Shown here: piece after piece, positions 13,239 to 29,121 of the stretch
Numbering within the stretch: the first letter of the stretch is position 1
How the letters are laid out: each line of letters begins with the position of its first letter
Source of the DNA: Octopus vulgaris
Taxonomy: Eukaryota
DNA: 64,000 bases
NCBI GenBank assembly: GCA_951406725.2
Contig: OX597830.1
Location: forward strand, 6,882,001-6,946,000
Reading direction: 5' to 3'
The notes under the pieces: model-generated
What the model saw: only the letters and a program-made list of their open reading frames with translations
Database searches by the model: none
Told to the model about the DNA's origin: nothing
Program-made: the position numbers and the translations under genes

Positions 13239-14737
13239 CATCATCATCATCATCATTATAGTAACAATAATTATTATTATTATTATTGTTGTTGTTGTTG
13301 TTGTTGTTATTACAATTATCGCCAACGTCGTTGTCAACGCCATACTTTTCTCATCAACATAATGGTAGGCGTAACGGGTCAACGAAGCGAGCCTGTGATC
13401 CCGGACAGATTTCTTCTTTGAAGCCATTCCATCGGACATAATTCTTTAGGACTCTCGAAGGCGAGATCAATATTTTCTCTTCCAAAACCAGAGGCCACGA
13501 AAAATGTATGAATATCACATCTTCCACTCTCAGAACTGTAAAATGATAATAAAACTCTCATCTATTATTTCTCAGCACAAAATCTTGACAAATGCGACGG
13601 TTTTCCATTTGATGTAGTGCTTGGCCGTCGGCCGGCCATCTGGGCTCGATCCAGAGACCTCATAGTAGCTGGATTACATCAATTACCAACAGTAAATGCT
13701 TTTCTATTGCTTTTTGCCCCCAACCTACAAAGCAGGACTGTCAACTTGAACGCATTCGCCTCTATCATCCGCCATTCAGAAAATTTAGTGGACAAACACC
13801 ACTTCACTCAAGAATCGCTACTTAGTCTTCGAGTGGTACTTGTATCAGATGCCGAAGGTTGTACCGATATGCAGTGAAGTCAGAAAATAGTCTGACTCGA
13901 CTGCTCTTTCAAAATGCTCTTCAAGTTGAGAGGAGACCAGGCACCAATAGAGAATAACAAACACCTACACGCACTCACACATACATGCATGCACACATAC
14001 ACACACACACACACACACATAAAAGGAGAGAGTGATTCTATGGGCTTCCACATAATCTTCATCTATTAAATTCAATGTATAGACTTTGGCCGTCCTGCCG
14101 CTAAAGTAGAAGTCATTTGCCCAAGAAGCTGCGCGCAGAGGGGACGGAACCTGAATCCTTATGGTTGCAATGCAAAATAAGCTTCTTAACCATACCACTA
14201 AGCAAACCAAATTGAACAAAAGTTTAAGAAGCACACAGTAGTTATTCAAAATATACGATTTCTTGGAACCTCAAACATGTTTTTCATCAAAAGAAAATCG
14301 ACGAACATGTGTTATGCTTGCACAGTCAATTATATTTGCATCTAAATAATTCTCTTAACCGTTTTTAAGGAGATTCTAGGAATCGCTTGAAATTCAATAT
14401 GATCATTTCGCGCACCATATTAGGTCTTACCTGATAATATACTAAAGAATAGCATTTTGACATCACTTCGTGCATTTAAGCAGCTGCTGGAAGTTCGCAG
14501 TATCATTTCTAGCATTTGGTGGCAGCATATATTTGCTTATTGTCTATAGCATGTCGACTTTTAACCCTTTCAATACAAAACCGGCCTTAGTTCCATGAGA
14601 CTAAATTTGGCCCTACGATATAAACTGCTCATTTTAAAATTATTTAATTTAAAACCTTTCGCCAAAATTTCATGTTCGTTTATGCTGTAACACCAGAATC
14701 ATAATGACTACATTATTTCATATGAAATTCTTTAGTA

Positions 14738-14951
14738 CAGTAATTCCTCGACTATCGCGGCTGTTACGTTCCAAAACCCCACGCGATAGGTGAAAATCCG
14801 CGAAGTAGGACCAGTACTTTATATTTATTTTATGTTTATAATTTGTATATATTTATTTTATTATAAATGCAAGACATCACCACGAAGGAATCGATGTAAG
14901 CTTAAATAATAAACCGCGATAGGTGAACTGCGATATGGTGAAGGATTACAT
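14738..14951 (+). mobile_element. pogo/Tigger-like MITE
   Basis: TA|CAGTAATTCCTCGACTATCGCGG left TIR, degenerate right TIR, internal CGCGATAGGTGAA repeats; second copy at 32315-32535. Confidence 0.75.
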
Positions 14952-15659
14952 TATTTTCAAAATGAATTGCGCCAAAAATATTACTTCAACAGAAACGAAG
15001 ACTTGAGTTCAACGATTAGATCAATTTTGTCTTCAATTCATCCAAGAAAACCTAAAAGCTTTTATGAATGTTGGAAAAAATATTATTTTGTGTGATGTAC
15101 AATTACTCGAAACATAATGCAAAAATGTAAAATGAAGCACATTCGATATTCTGACGATTTTGAAATCTTCTTATTAATCCGTTGTGTACAGCTTGCTGAT
15201 AGATTATGGAGGTTTCTTTTCATTGCATTTTCGCCAGTGATCAGTGGTTCTTTCACCTACACTACGCACCGCTCTTACAGCTTAGGTTTTCGTCTACATT
15301 ACATTTTTCTGCATCTCACATTACACTCGATTTCTAGTTTCTAGTTTCTCATAATCCACTCTGAGCTGGTTGTGAATATTCTGTAGTTGTGAGTAAAATA
15401 TTCATTCTTAAACTGCCATGATTCGAGAATGGCTTGATGTATCTGTGCGTTTTTCTTTAATCCACCATTTGCTTTTAAGTTTTGTTACATGTGATGCTTT
15501 TCAGAATTTATGGACATGTAGAATTCTAGATGTAGTATCGATTTTATTTCTACATCATTTTCGTTTCACACACATTCACAAACACATACACACTCTGAAA
15601 TGTACACTACATAAGTGATTAAATAACTGACAAGGAAACGAGAAATAATGAACTTCCTT

Positions 15660-15740
15660 AACTTACACCTGTTTCGGCTATACGAAACAATGCACTCATA
15701 GTTGAATGCTAGTGTGTCAGGTTATAGCTTCGTCGGAGTT
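15660..15740 (-). ncRNA. Minimal hammerhead-like fold with long stem II
   Basis: Minus strand AACT-CCGACGA-AGCTATA..TATAGCC-GAAA-CAGGTG-TA-AGTT; stems I and II pair; core U4C variant. Confidence 0.55.
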
Positions 15741-16540
15741 CCATTTATGCATATACACACATATATACAACATGATTTCATGCGTCAGCATCCTTATCAT
15801 CAAAACTGCCTGTTTTTCTTGTTGTGTGTTCCCATGCCAGACCTTCATTGAGCCGAACAATTCAGCCAGGCAACCCTGACCATCACATCTGTTTCAGACT
15901 TGGCGTATCTGGGACCACATTATGCAATATATCATTACGTTGTTAAGCCTGAAAACTTGCGTGTGTACCGGGATATAGCTGCAGTTTCTAGCATGTCCTC
16001 CAACCTCGTCAATTAGGAATATCATCATCATCATCATCATCACCATCATTACCAATAACCCAGAGCAACTAACACAAACAACAACGGCAAAACCACTGCG
16101 AACATCACACTTATCGCCCTCACTACCAGCATTGCCTTAATTGCTTGTAAAACTACCACCAAGACACCCACCACAATTGCCTGGCCTATACCACAATCAG
16201 CACCTTCGTCACCAGCAGAGCCATCGCCGACAGCAACATGAATTTTTTACCACCACCACCACCACCGCCATTACAGCCCCTACCAGCAACTCCGCCCTCA
16301 GCAGCATCCAACGTAGCAGAATGAACACCAGCTGTTGAGGCGTCAATGTGTTTTGTGCTTGAATGGAGTGTGCATTTGTTGACGGATGCTGCTGCTGCTA
16401 CCGCTGCTGCCGTAACGCTTATATCCCGAAAAGAAGAGAAGGGAATTGGAGACAGATATATGTTTGCGCGCGCGTGCCTATGTGTTTTTGTGTGTGTGTA
16501 CACATGTATATATATATATATATATATATACATATACATA

Positions 16541-16586
<46 letters not shown>

Positions 16587-16655
16587 TACATCTATATGCA
16601 TATATACATATATATACATATATACATACATATATAGATATACACACACGCACAC

Positions 16656-16690
<35 letters not shown>

Positions 16691-16877
16691 CATAAATACA
16701 CACACATTAACTGGAAAAACATCAATTCATTTTGAAATGCTTCAAAATGTGTCGTACATATAAACATATGCATATATTTCTACGAATATGTGTGTGTATG
16801 TGCTTCCATATATAGTGTATCCGTACGTCAGTGCAGGGAGGTGGTGCATGTGTGTGTATGTAGGTACGTATGTATGC

Positions 16878-16912
<35 letters not shown>

Positions 16913-16929
16913 TATAGATAGATAGATAT

Positions 16930-16986
<57 letters not shown>

Positions 16987-16995
16987 GAGACAGAC

Positions 16996-17080
<85 letters not shown>
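16878..17080. repeat. (GATA)n microsatellite
   Basis: Direct repeat. Confidence 0.95.
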
Positions 17081-17980
17081 TATTAGTATAGTAAGCTATG
17101 AGTTCTGAAATAGTTGATGAGCAGTAATTTTGGTTGGTGGTGTTGCGGAAGGCGGAGGTAAGATTTACAGAAAAAGAGAGTTAATGGGAAGAGAAGGAAA
17201 AGAAGAAGAGGAAGAGGAGGAAGAGATGAGAAAGAGAACGTGAGATAAAGGCAGGTCAAAGGTTAAGTGGGAAATTCTTGAAATATGAGGTAAAGAGCAA
17301 GATAAGTAGGTGAGTAGAGAAGCTATATAGGGGTGGGTGGGGTAATAATAAGGGTGGAGGAGTTGGTGAGAAATGGGTGGTGGGACGAGTCAATAGATGA
17401 GAGATAAATAGATGTGTAAGAATAAAATGGGAAGAGAGGAAGGAGAGAAATGGAGGGAAAAGGGTGAACATTTAAAATTATAAAGATGGGAGAGTGAGGA
17501 AAGGAAGAAGAGGTAAGGAGTCAAGGATGGAGAGCAATATGAGTTATCAAAATACGGTAAAGAGATGATGTTAAATATACGATGGAATGAGAAAGGAGTC
17601 GCTGTGAATGATATGAGGAGAACTAAGATACTCTGGGAGGAAAAACAGAGAGAAGAATATAAAAAAAGTAATAGTTTAGCCGTCACTTGCGTACGAGTAT
17701 GAGTCAATAAGTTGAATCGTATCTTCTCTGATTTCGATTGTTCTGTGCTCAGCAGCTTTTTTATAACCTTTCTATACCATGTTTATGTCCCTACCTTTCC
17801 ATTGTACTTAGCTTTGTTTTTCTCATTTCATTCTATATAAATCCCCACACTTCATGTTTGCCTTTCTATTGCCCCCCTCCTGCTTCACCTTGCTGGCATA
17901 TAAATGAAATCATTTACCAGGTGGTGCTATTAAGTTAGACATGGCATGGGCCTATACTGGACGAAGCCTATCAAACTCAT

Positions 17981-18460
<480 letters not shown>

Positions 18461-18870
18461 TTCATGTTTGACTTTTGCTGGATCCAAGTCTCACCCAGAC
18501 ACCTCAAGGGACAAGTTAGAAGTTCAAATTGGTGTTATGCTCAGGGTGTCATATATTTGGTTTTGCACATAATATTGTTTTAGATTGTTTAAGAAAACAA
18601 GAAAATTATAAGCTTGTTTTAAAATTTGAGATTACAAAGTCAGTATTTTACGTAGGATATGCGCAGTTCCCATGAGTGGTATTTTTGAATTTCTGCCATT
18701 CTGGGGTTTCTTGGTATCTGAGCTAGGTAGCAATCAGCCCCTTTTCCTATCATTCCTAAGGTACCCTTGACAATACGTATTGTTTTAATATTCAGGTTCC
18801 ACATTTTGCCAATTTCTATTTCAAGATCTTTATACTCGTTCAGTTTCTGGTAGGTCTTGACAGATGCGTT
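18461..18870 (-). mobile_element. R4/Dong-like element subfamily 2, short 5'-truncated copy
   Basis: Reads NASVKTYQKLNEYKDLEIEIGKMWNL..GTLGMIGKG..MGTAHILRKIL; 3' UTR closely matches 62928-63120; TAA repeats on both sides. Confidence 0.88.
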
Positions 18871-18905
18871 ATTATTATCATTATTATTATGAATTATTAT
18901 TATGA

Positions 18906-19009
<104 letters not shown>

Positions 19010-19219
19010 CATCATCATCATCATTATTATTATTGAGTGAGAGAGCAGTGCATGCCATCAAAGTGACACTGGAATAAAATATATGAAGCCCAGTATACCC
19101 ATCATGACTACCCGTCTGATAAGGGTACACCAGGCACAGGCATCACAACCAAATATGCGTGACATGGTGATCTTATATTAAGATAATAATAATAATAATT
19201 ATCATTATTGTTATTATTA

Positions 19220-19529
19220 TTATTTGTTCGTGCGTCGTTGTTGATGAGGATCAAGGACATCACACGGGAGAAGGAGCCGATGTACTGTGTATCCGGCTGT
19301 GGCCGATGAATCCGGTGCGTACTTGGAGGGCTCTATCGTAGATTGGTCATTAGTGGTCTTTTGGGACTGAAGGCAAAGTGTTGGCTCTAGATTTGCACAT
19401 TTCACCTTTTCTTCTGTTCGTACAATGTGGCACCTCTGTGCAGATTCGCCGGGCAGGGTGGTCTTGTGCTTGCTCACGTCCCCCTCTCCCCCGTTTCTTG
19501 AAATAAAAACCATATCCAATATGTGACAG
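19220..19529 (-). CDS. Candidate terminal exon, unknown product
   Basis: Strong acceptor CTTTCTCTTCATTTCAG|; non-repetitive, GC-richer open frame CHILDMVFISRNGGEGD..HQQRRTNK*. No recognisable domain. Confidence 0.3.
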
Positions 19530-19917
19530 CTGAAATGAAGAGAAAGCTGCACCACAATCCGGCTAGTACAGATTTTAGCAGAGTCGGACTCGAACTTACA
19601 GCTTATAATCATAAACATAACACTTTAGCCACGTGGCCATCGCAATGAATTAGGTAGGAAAATTGGAAATGGTTACTAAAGGGTGGTAGATGGGGAGAAG
19701 TGAGCGAGTGATGGGATGTTCGGTTTGCTGTAGTTGTGGTTGTGAGGTCAATTGTAATCGATCAGACTAATGATTAAACGCATTCCAGCTATGACCAACT
19801 CGACTCTCCGCTATGAATCCGAACCAGATTGACTACTATTTATTTCGTGTGCACACCCAAACGCATGCACATATGTATATACATATATATATATGTGTGT
19901 GTGTGTGTGTATATATA

Positions 19918-19975
<58 letters not shown>

Positions 19976-20294
19976 AATATATATATATATGCATTTAAGT
20001 ATATATGCATATACATTATTACATATGTATGTGCACATGTATCTAACTATCTATATGTGCGTGTGTGTTTGTATGTATCCTTATATGTGTGTGTATATGT
20101 ATTTGTATACATATAGATAGAGATATAGATAGATAGATATACATAGATACATACACACACATATATGTATAAGCATATACACAAATATATGTGTGAGTGA
20201 GTATGTGTGTGTAAATACATATATACATATTTATGTGTATGTATATATATATATATATATATACATTTACATATATATATACATCTATACATTA

Positions 20295-20393
<99 letters not shown>

Positions 20394-20664
20394 CTTCTGT
20401 GTGTACGTACCTACGTACTTCCGTACGTACGTTTGTAATGCATCGTCTGTTGTTCACATTGAAAAATGTTTGTTGACGTCCGCCGACACCATTTTTCTAA
20501 CAAGACAGAAAAACCATCGAAACGATGAAATCACACGATGTATCAATAACAAGGTTAATTGGTGCCAAGAGTTCACGCCCAGCACAAGCCAATTATTTCT
20601 TAATTGTCTACTTCTCGAAAAGTCAACTGAGAAAGCCTTTTCCGCGCCTCACACGCTCCTTCGC

Positions 20665-20725
<61 letters not shown>

Positions 20726-21694
20726 ACATTTCCTTCCCCTTGTCCTTCTCTGACTTATTCCTTCAATCAGTCACATAATCTTTGTGTCAGTCGTTATCTT
20801 TCAGCCCTCATCCCCTCTCCGCCTCTCTTTTCTTCTCTCCTCTTTATCACCCTTTCTCCGTCTCTGACACTCTTCACCAAGCTAACTCAATTTTTATTGC
20901 CATGGTGTTATGGGAATATAAATTTAACGCAGAGGAGACGAGAGAAAATCCATTATTGATACAAGAGATGTTCCTCTTCGTTTCTTTCTTTCACTTCTTT
21001 CTTTTTCCTCCTTCTTTATTTCTGGGTTTCTCTCGCCGTTTCTTGTTCATTTTTTTCAAACGCAACTTCCATTTATTTATTTGTCATATCATTGTTGTTT
21101 CATTGGTTAAATGGACATGGAAGAATAAAATTTCAATGGTATACAGTCATAAATATATGCATATTTATATATATATATACATGTATGTATATTATTATAA
21201 GCATACGCACATATGAATATGTGAATAAGACGTACCTATATGTGTGTGCATAAATATACATATACGTATATGTATATATTTCTGCATGTATAAACAGAAC
21301 AATCACCAATTAATTTTATTAAAACTGATTCTCGTCAGAGATAGAACAGGATGGAGGAAAAGAAAAAAATAATTATATAAAAGAATAAAATAGAAAATAA
21401 TAGAGAGCGATGGAATAGTCATCGGTTATTACAGAATAAGAAGGAATTACAGAATACAGGATATTACGTCAAGATTTGGAGATTTGAACAAAGGGGACGT
21501 AATTCAGCACTGCATCTGTAATAATTCCATAAGTTTCACACAAGCTCTAGCCCCGACCCCCACCCCACACACTTTCTCATCTTGTGTCTCCCTTTCAAAC
21601 ACACACACAATGACATAAGCGCATACTGATATATGTAAATGTATATATATATATATAAAATAATAATATAAATAATATATGTATATACATACAT

Positions 21695-21751
<57 letters not shown>

Positions 21752-22182
21752 TATACATATATATTTATATATATAAACACACACACACATGCATATAAGG
21801 GTACTGGACGTTACCAACTGTAAACAACATGAAATATGAAAACAAATGAGTTCAATACACAAACAACGAAGCAGATGGAGGACAGGACAAGTAACTTTAA
21901 GAACGACCATTCATCAGCATCCATGTTCAAGTATACATACATACATACAATATATATGATGAGGAGGTTTTCAAGGAACATCTGGACAGGTTTCTCTCTG
22001 AGATACCAGATGAGCCCACATCACGGCAGGAGACACAAAGAAGAGTAGCTCCGTCCAACTCGCTGCTTCACCAAAAACAATATCGGAAACAACACTGAGC
22101 AACTATAGGTGGTGCACCAGCATGACCCCAGCCCTGGGCTGAAAACCAGTTACAAATAAAAGATATATGTATATGCATGTAT

Positions 22183-22332
22183 AGGCACAAGTGTGGCTGT
22201 GTGGCAAGAGTTTTACTTCCCAAACACATGGTTCCCGGTTCATTTGATCAAGTGTCTTCTACAACAGACACGGGCTCACCATAGTGTTGTGAGTGGGTTT
22301 GTTAGAAGAAAACTGAAAGTATCCTATCGTAT
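22183..22332 (+). mobile_element. SINE family B 5' half, internally deleted
   Basis: GGCACAAGTGTGGCTGTGTGGCAAG..CATGGTTCCCGGTTCA..GTGAGTGG..AACTGAAAG. Confidence 0.75.
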
Positions 22333-22589
22333 ATACCTAAATACATACATAAATGCATGCATACATACATACATACATACATACATACATACATACATAC
22401 ATGCATGCATGCACGCATACATACATATATACATACATAAACACATATATGTTAATCAGCCGAAATTGCTAGGATGATCCGGTTCTTGACTGAAGATTGA
22501 GGCTTCGAATGTCCCGTCCGTGTTTTTTGTATCGTCTTCTAAGTGTTTTGCGTTCTTGTCCCAGTTTGTATTTTTCTACATATAATAAT

Positions 22590-22630
<41 letters not shown>

Positions 22631-22939
22631 AATATAATCACCGTAATCGCTCGCCATACCGTGCTTCACTTATCGGGCCTTCAGTACATGGTGGGTTTTC
22701 CTAGCTGATATATATAAATTTGTATCGTGCACCCCTCAGTATATCACGGGTTCGTGTGGAGGGATTACTGTATATAATATATTCATATACAAGCATTGTA
22801 TATCAATTAGCACCCTTAATTTATAACCAAAACACGCGCGAATTTACGAACACACATATGCACACATACATATATGTATATCTACCTAATATTATTAATT
22901 TGTGATGTTATCTATAATAATATTGAATTTTCATATCGA

Positions 22940-22977
<38 letters not shown>

Positions 22978-23154
22978 TTATTTATTTATTAATATGATTT
23001 TACAGTCTGATATCTATCTATACAGATAGCAACTTATTTATCTATTCGATTATATTAATATATACATCCTTGTAAATACATATAGTCATCTATACGATTA
23101 CATGCATATATTTACACACACACACACACACACACACATGCACACACACACACT

Positions 23155-23245
<91 letters not shown>

Positions 23246-23433
23246 ACACACACACACGAAATTAAATATCGAAGACTGATATTATATGTTATTAGATATC
23301 GCATTCTGATATTCTATATATATTATTAGATATCAAATTTGATAATATATATTATTAGGTATGAGACTGTGATATCATATGTTTTTAGATATCAACATCT
23401 GTTATTAGATATTATCAGATATCAAAATATCAT

Positions 23434-23467
<34 letters not shown>

Positions 23468-23869
23468 CGTATGTATGTATGTATGTATGTATGTATGTAT
23501 GTATGTATGTATGTATATATGTATGTATGTATGTATGTATATATGTATGTATGTATGTATGTATGTAAGTGTGTACCTGCGTGTGCGTGTATATACATAT
23601 ATAAATGTTAACACAGTTATATTTTGCAACGTAATATTTAAAATCGTGATATCTATTAATATACCTGTATTATACGATTAATATCTCATAATATACATAA
23701 TATCAGTTTCTGGTATGAAATTAGATATGTGTGCGCGCGTGTGTGTTAGTGTGTTTGTGCGTGTGTAAGTATTATATGGATGTGCATATATATATTATAT
23801 ATATATATATATACATATGTATATATACCTATGCATACATATATATACATACATACATACATATTATAT

Positions 23870-23918
<49 letters not shown>

Positions 23919-24796
23919 CTCACACACCTGTGTGCATATAAATAATAGAATTGGGCAATGATTATGAAATAGACTGAATGCTGTTTGTGTGTATTTAATG
24001 CCTAAATTGATTTTATTGCAATGTAACTGATTTAATCTAAAAATCACATTGATTATGCCTGATTAGCATTATGTTAATGATCCTCAGGACGGTCATCAAC
24101 ATCATATTCAACATCATCATCATTTTCATCATCATCATCATCATTATTATCAGCACATGCACCACCATCACCATCATCACCATCATCATCATCGTCATTA
24201 TCGTTATCACTGCCATCATTGTGATCCTCATCGTCACCACCATGATTACCAACACGCACCCACATCCGTCACCATGACCACCATCTACCTCAACATTGTT
24301 GTCATGATCATCACCAACACTATCATCATAAACTACGGCAGCGGCATAAGTGACAACAGCAACTGCAGCAATAACAGAAGCACAGAAGCCAAAAAATAAC
24401 GTGCAGCAGTGACAGCAGCTAAGGCGGCGGCGGCGGGGCGGTGGCTTTGGCTTTGGCAATGACAGCAGCAACATCAGAACAAGGTTTTGGTAGCAACCGA
24501 CGGGAGTTTGAAAATCCACCCGATGGTGGAACCCGACACCGGCATCTTATGCGATGAGATGCACCTGTTAGCAATAACAGTAAAATGGCCCCCGATATCT
24601 CAGCATATCCAAAATGGTGAAAAAATGATTTGGATAATGTGGTGATAGGTGGATCATCTCTAGAAGATAGTAGCCAAAATTGCCACGTTTGGGATGTTTT
24701 TGATCAAGTGTCTTCTACAACAGACATGGGCTCACCATAGTGTTGTGAGTGGATTTGTTAGAAGAAAACTGAAAGTATCCTATCGTATGTACATAG

Positions 24797-24860
<64 letters not shown>

Positions 24861-24865
24861 GTATG

Positions 24866-24932
<67 letters not shown>

Positions 24933-24934
<2 letters not shown>

Positions 24935-25318
24935 TCTTTACTCTTTTACTTGTTTCAGTCATTTGACTGCGGCCATGCTGGAGCACCGCCTTTAATCGAG
25001 CAACTCGACCCCGAAACTTATTCTTTTGTAAGCCCAGTACTTATTCTATCGGTCTCTTTTGCCGAACCGCTAAGTAACGGGGACATAAACACACCAGCAT
25101 CGGTTGTCAAGCAATGCTAGGGGACAAACACAGATACACAAACACACACACGCATATATATATATATACATATATACGACGGGATTCTTTCAGTTTCCGT
25201 CTACCAAATCCACTCACAATGCTTTGATCGGCCCGAGGCTATAGTAGTAGGCACTTGCCACGCAGTGGGACTGAACCCGGAACCATGTGGTTGGTTAGCA
25301 AGCTACTTACCACACAGA
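24933..25318 (-). mobile_element. SINE family B, near full length
   Basis: (CTCTTTTA) tail, CAGTCATTTGACTGCGGCCATGCTGGAGCACC, GGGACTGAACCCGGAACCATGTGG head. Confidence 0.9.
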
Positions 25319-26114
25319 TATCCATCTAGATATCCGTGCAAATGGGAAAATTTTAATATTCCCCTTTTACAAGATAAATGATGAAAACGCATAACTACGA
25401 AAGGTAAAAGAATTCTAAATCCGAAATTAAGCCGAAAATAGCCAACACTCCATATACCAAACAATGGTAAAAGAATACTTATGACTAAAACCATGAGTCC
25501 GAAAATAAACCTGAAATAATTAATACAACCACTACTACAAAGATAACAGCATTCTCTTTAAGAGCACGTGTGTTTGAAAAGATTTAGCGAAAGCGCTAAC
25601 ACACTAGAAAAAAATTCTTCCCTAAAAAAGTTAGTAACATCCTCAGAACAGATTTCTTAAATAATCTTTTAAGAAAATCACGTGTAGACTGTAATAAGTA
25701 ATTCTCATAGACATTCAAAAATGTGTGTGTATATATATATATGGCATCTTTCTATTATGACTCTATTCTTCACAACATGACTACATTACATTAACGGCTT
25801 TATATTAAAGTTGTTTTGTATACTGCTATAGTTACAAAGGCGGCAATTTTGGGGTCTAGTTGATGCTTACTCGGCCATTATTCTATCGACCTCGAAAGTA
25901 TGAAAAGCAAGTTCCAACTTGGAGGAACTTCAACTTAGAACGTGAAGCCGGCAGGACTATCGCAAAGAATTTTGCTCGGTGTTTTAAAACTTCCTCCAAT
26001 CAGCCGCTTCAGTGACGATGATGATAAAGAGAAGGAGCATTGTGGTGGTTGTGGTGGTGATGGCTTCAAATTTTGGCAGAAAAACCAGCAAATTCTGAGG
26101 GAAGAGTGATAATC

Positions 26115-26168
26115 GAGAATAATAAAAATAATTGTAAAATTAACAGTAGTAACAACAACAACAACAAC

Positions 26169-26209
<41 letters not shown>

Positions 26210-26241
26210 CAACAACAATAATAATAATAATAATAATAATG

Positions 26242-26278
<37 letters not shown>

Positions 26279-26328
26279 TAATAAAAATAATAATAATAAT
26301 AATAATAATAAAAACAATAATAATAATG

Positions 26329-26368
<40 letters not shown>

Positions 26369-26438
26369 TAATAATAATAATAATGATAATGATACTGATA
26401 ATGATAATAATGTTGATAATAATAATAATAATGTTGAT

Positions 26439-26469
<31 letters not shown>

Positions 26470-26472
26470 GTA

Positions 26473-26517
<45 letters not shown>

Positions 26518-26526
26518 GTAATAATA

Positions 26527-26557
<31 letters not shown>

Positions 26558-26577
26558 TGATGATAATAATAATAGTA

Positions 26578-26655
<78 letters not shown>

Positions 26656-26697
26656 CTGATAATGATAATAATGTTGATAATAATAATAATAATGTTG

Positions 26698-26749
<52 letters not shown>

Positions 26750-26819
26750 TAATAATAATAATAATAGTAATAATAGTAATAATAATAATAATAATAAAAA
26801 TAATAATAATAACAATAGC

Positions 26820-26859
<40 letters not shown>

Positions 26860-26937
26860 CTGATAATGATAATAATGTTGATAATAATAATAATAATGTT
26901 GATAATAATAATAATAATAATAATAATAATAGTAATA

Positions 26938-26983
<46 letters not shown>

Positions 26984-27018
26984 TAACAATAATAATAATA
27001 ATAATAATAATAGTAATA

Positions 27019-27100
<82 letters not shown>

Positions 27101-27104
27101 TAAC

Positions 27105-27165
<61 letters not shown>

Positions 27166-27170
27166 TTAAT
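26115..27170. repeat. (AAT)n array with a higher-order unit repeated three times
   Basis: GATAATGATACTGATAATGATAATAATGTTGATAATAATAATAATAATGTTGAT recurs near 26385, 26646 and 26850. Confidence 0.95.
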
Positions 27171-27731
27171 ACGATTGATGAACCTGTGACAAAAAGTAAG
27201 TATTGGTTGGTTAGTTTGGAGGCGTTGACAACATCTCTATTGAGAAATTGTCACAATTCATGAAGACAGGCATTCGAAAACAAAATTGTGTATTTTTGAC
27301 GAGATGACGTCAATATTAATTCGGGTTGACAACAGCATATTTCACTCAGATACACAAACACACACACGCACACACAAACACATGCACTCACGCACATGCA
27401 AACGCACTCACACACTGATATACACAGACACATACGTATGACTACACATACAAGCATAACATGCACATACAAGCATGAATACATCAGCACAGTGACATCA
27501 ACAGGCTTATGTTGAGATGATGAAAATTTTTACTTGCAAGACTCAAATCGAATTTCCTGCTACAATAAGCAGTATTGCTACGTAGCTGTGGCAAGTATGT
27601 ATGTATGTATGTATGTATTATGCATGTATGTATGCATGCATGTGTTGATGGATATATGTATATGTGTGTGTGTATGTATGAGTATATAAACATGTATGCA
27701 TGCAGTACATATATATACGTACCTATTTATG

Positions 27732-27835
<104 letters not shown>

Positions 27836-28453
27836 CATAAATAGGTACGTATACATATACATATATGTGCATATATGTGTGTATATGTGCATAGTTTCAT
27901 ATAGACATTGCAATAAGTATATGTATAGGTATATTCAAATATATTCATACATACATACATACATACATATACATACATACATATACATACATAGAGAGAG
28001 AGAGAGTATGTGATGAAAGCGAGAATGAGAGACTGAAAGAAACAACGCAAAAATATGAGCGCTTATATAGACATACATTGTGATGCGTATATCTATGCAC
28101 GCACACACCTATACTGTATGTGTGTGTATATGTACAACTAGAGATTTTAATTTGAATAACTAGAAAAAACACAAAATGCAAAAGGAACAGCGAAAAGTCG
28201 TCCTCAATACGCGTCACGTGAAAACCGAATAAATAACAATTTTATTAAGCGGGAGGTTTAATATCTTCTCTTTCGCTTAGAACTGTAAATATGAGATTTC
28301 ATCATTCTGTCACAACGAATATTTACTTAAATATATTATTTGATAAGAATATACATGTATATGCATATACGTACATATGTATGCCCGCATATATATACAC
28401 ACACACGCACACACGCACTCACACACACACACATATATATATAAAACCATATG

Positions 28454-28513
<60 letters not shown>

Positions 28514-28575
28514 CATATCTATTCATATATATATATTGTTATATATATGTACACACACATATGTATATATGCATC

Positions 28576-28610
<35 letters not shown>

Positions 28611-28820
28611 ACATATATATATATATATATATGTGTGTATGTATGTATATATATAAATATATATATAACTACGTATATACACAGACATACAGACATACCT
28701 ACATACACACACATTTATATATATGCTTAAATGCATATATGCGTATATATGACTTTTTAGGAAACAGTAAGTAATATATTAAATACACAAAAGTATAAAA
28801 TATTGGAAGTAATGTAGATG

Positions 28821-28867
<47 letters not shown>

Positions 28868-28885
28868 GTAATAATAATAGTAATA

Positions 28886-28995
<110 letters not shown>

Positions 28996-29005
28996 TAAAA
29001 ATAAA

Positions 29006-29121
<116 letters not shown>

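Noticed and set aside
13330-13900. Possible old transposase remnant
   Set aside because: Unique-looking sequence, but no ordered motifs could be read.
22480-22700. CTGAAGA/CTGAAGG motifs near (TA)n
   Set aside because: Too degenerate; the stems do not pair convincingly.
26073-27263. 396-aa poly-Asn ORF
   Set aside because: Translation of (AAT)n with no domain; the short unique ends are uninformative.
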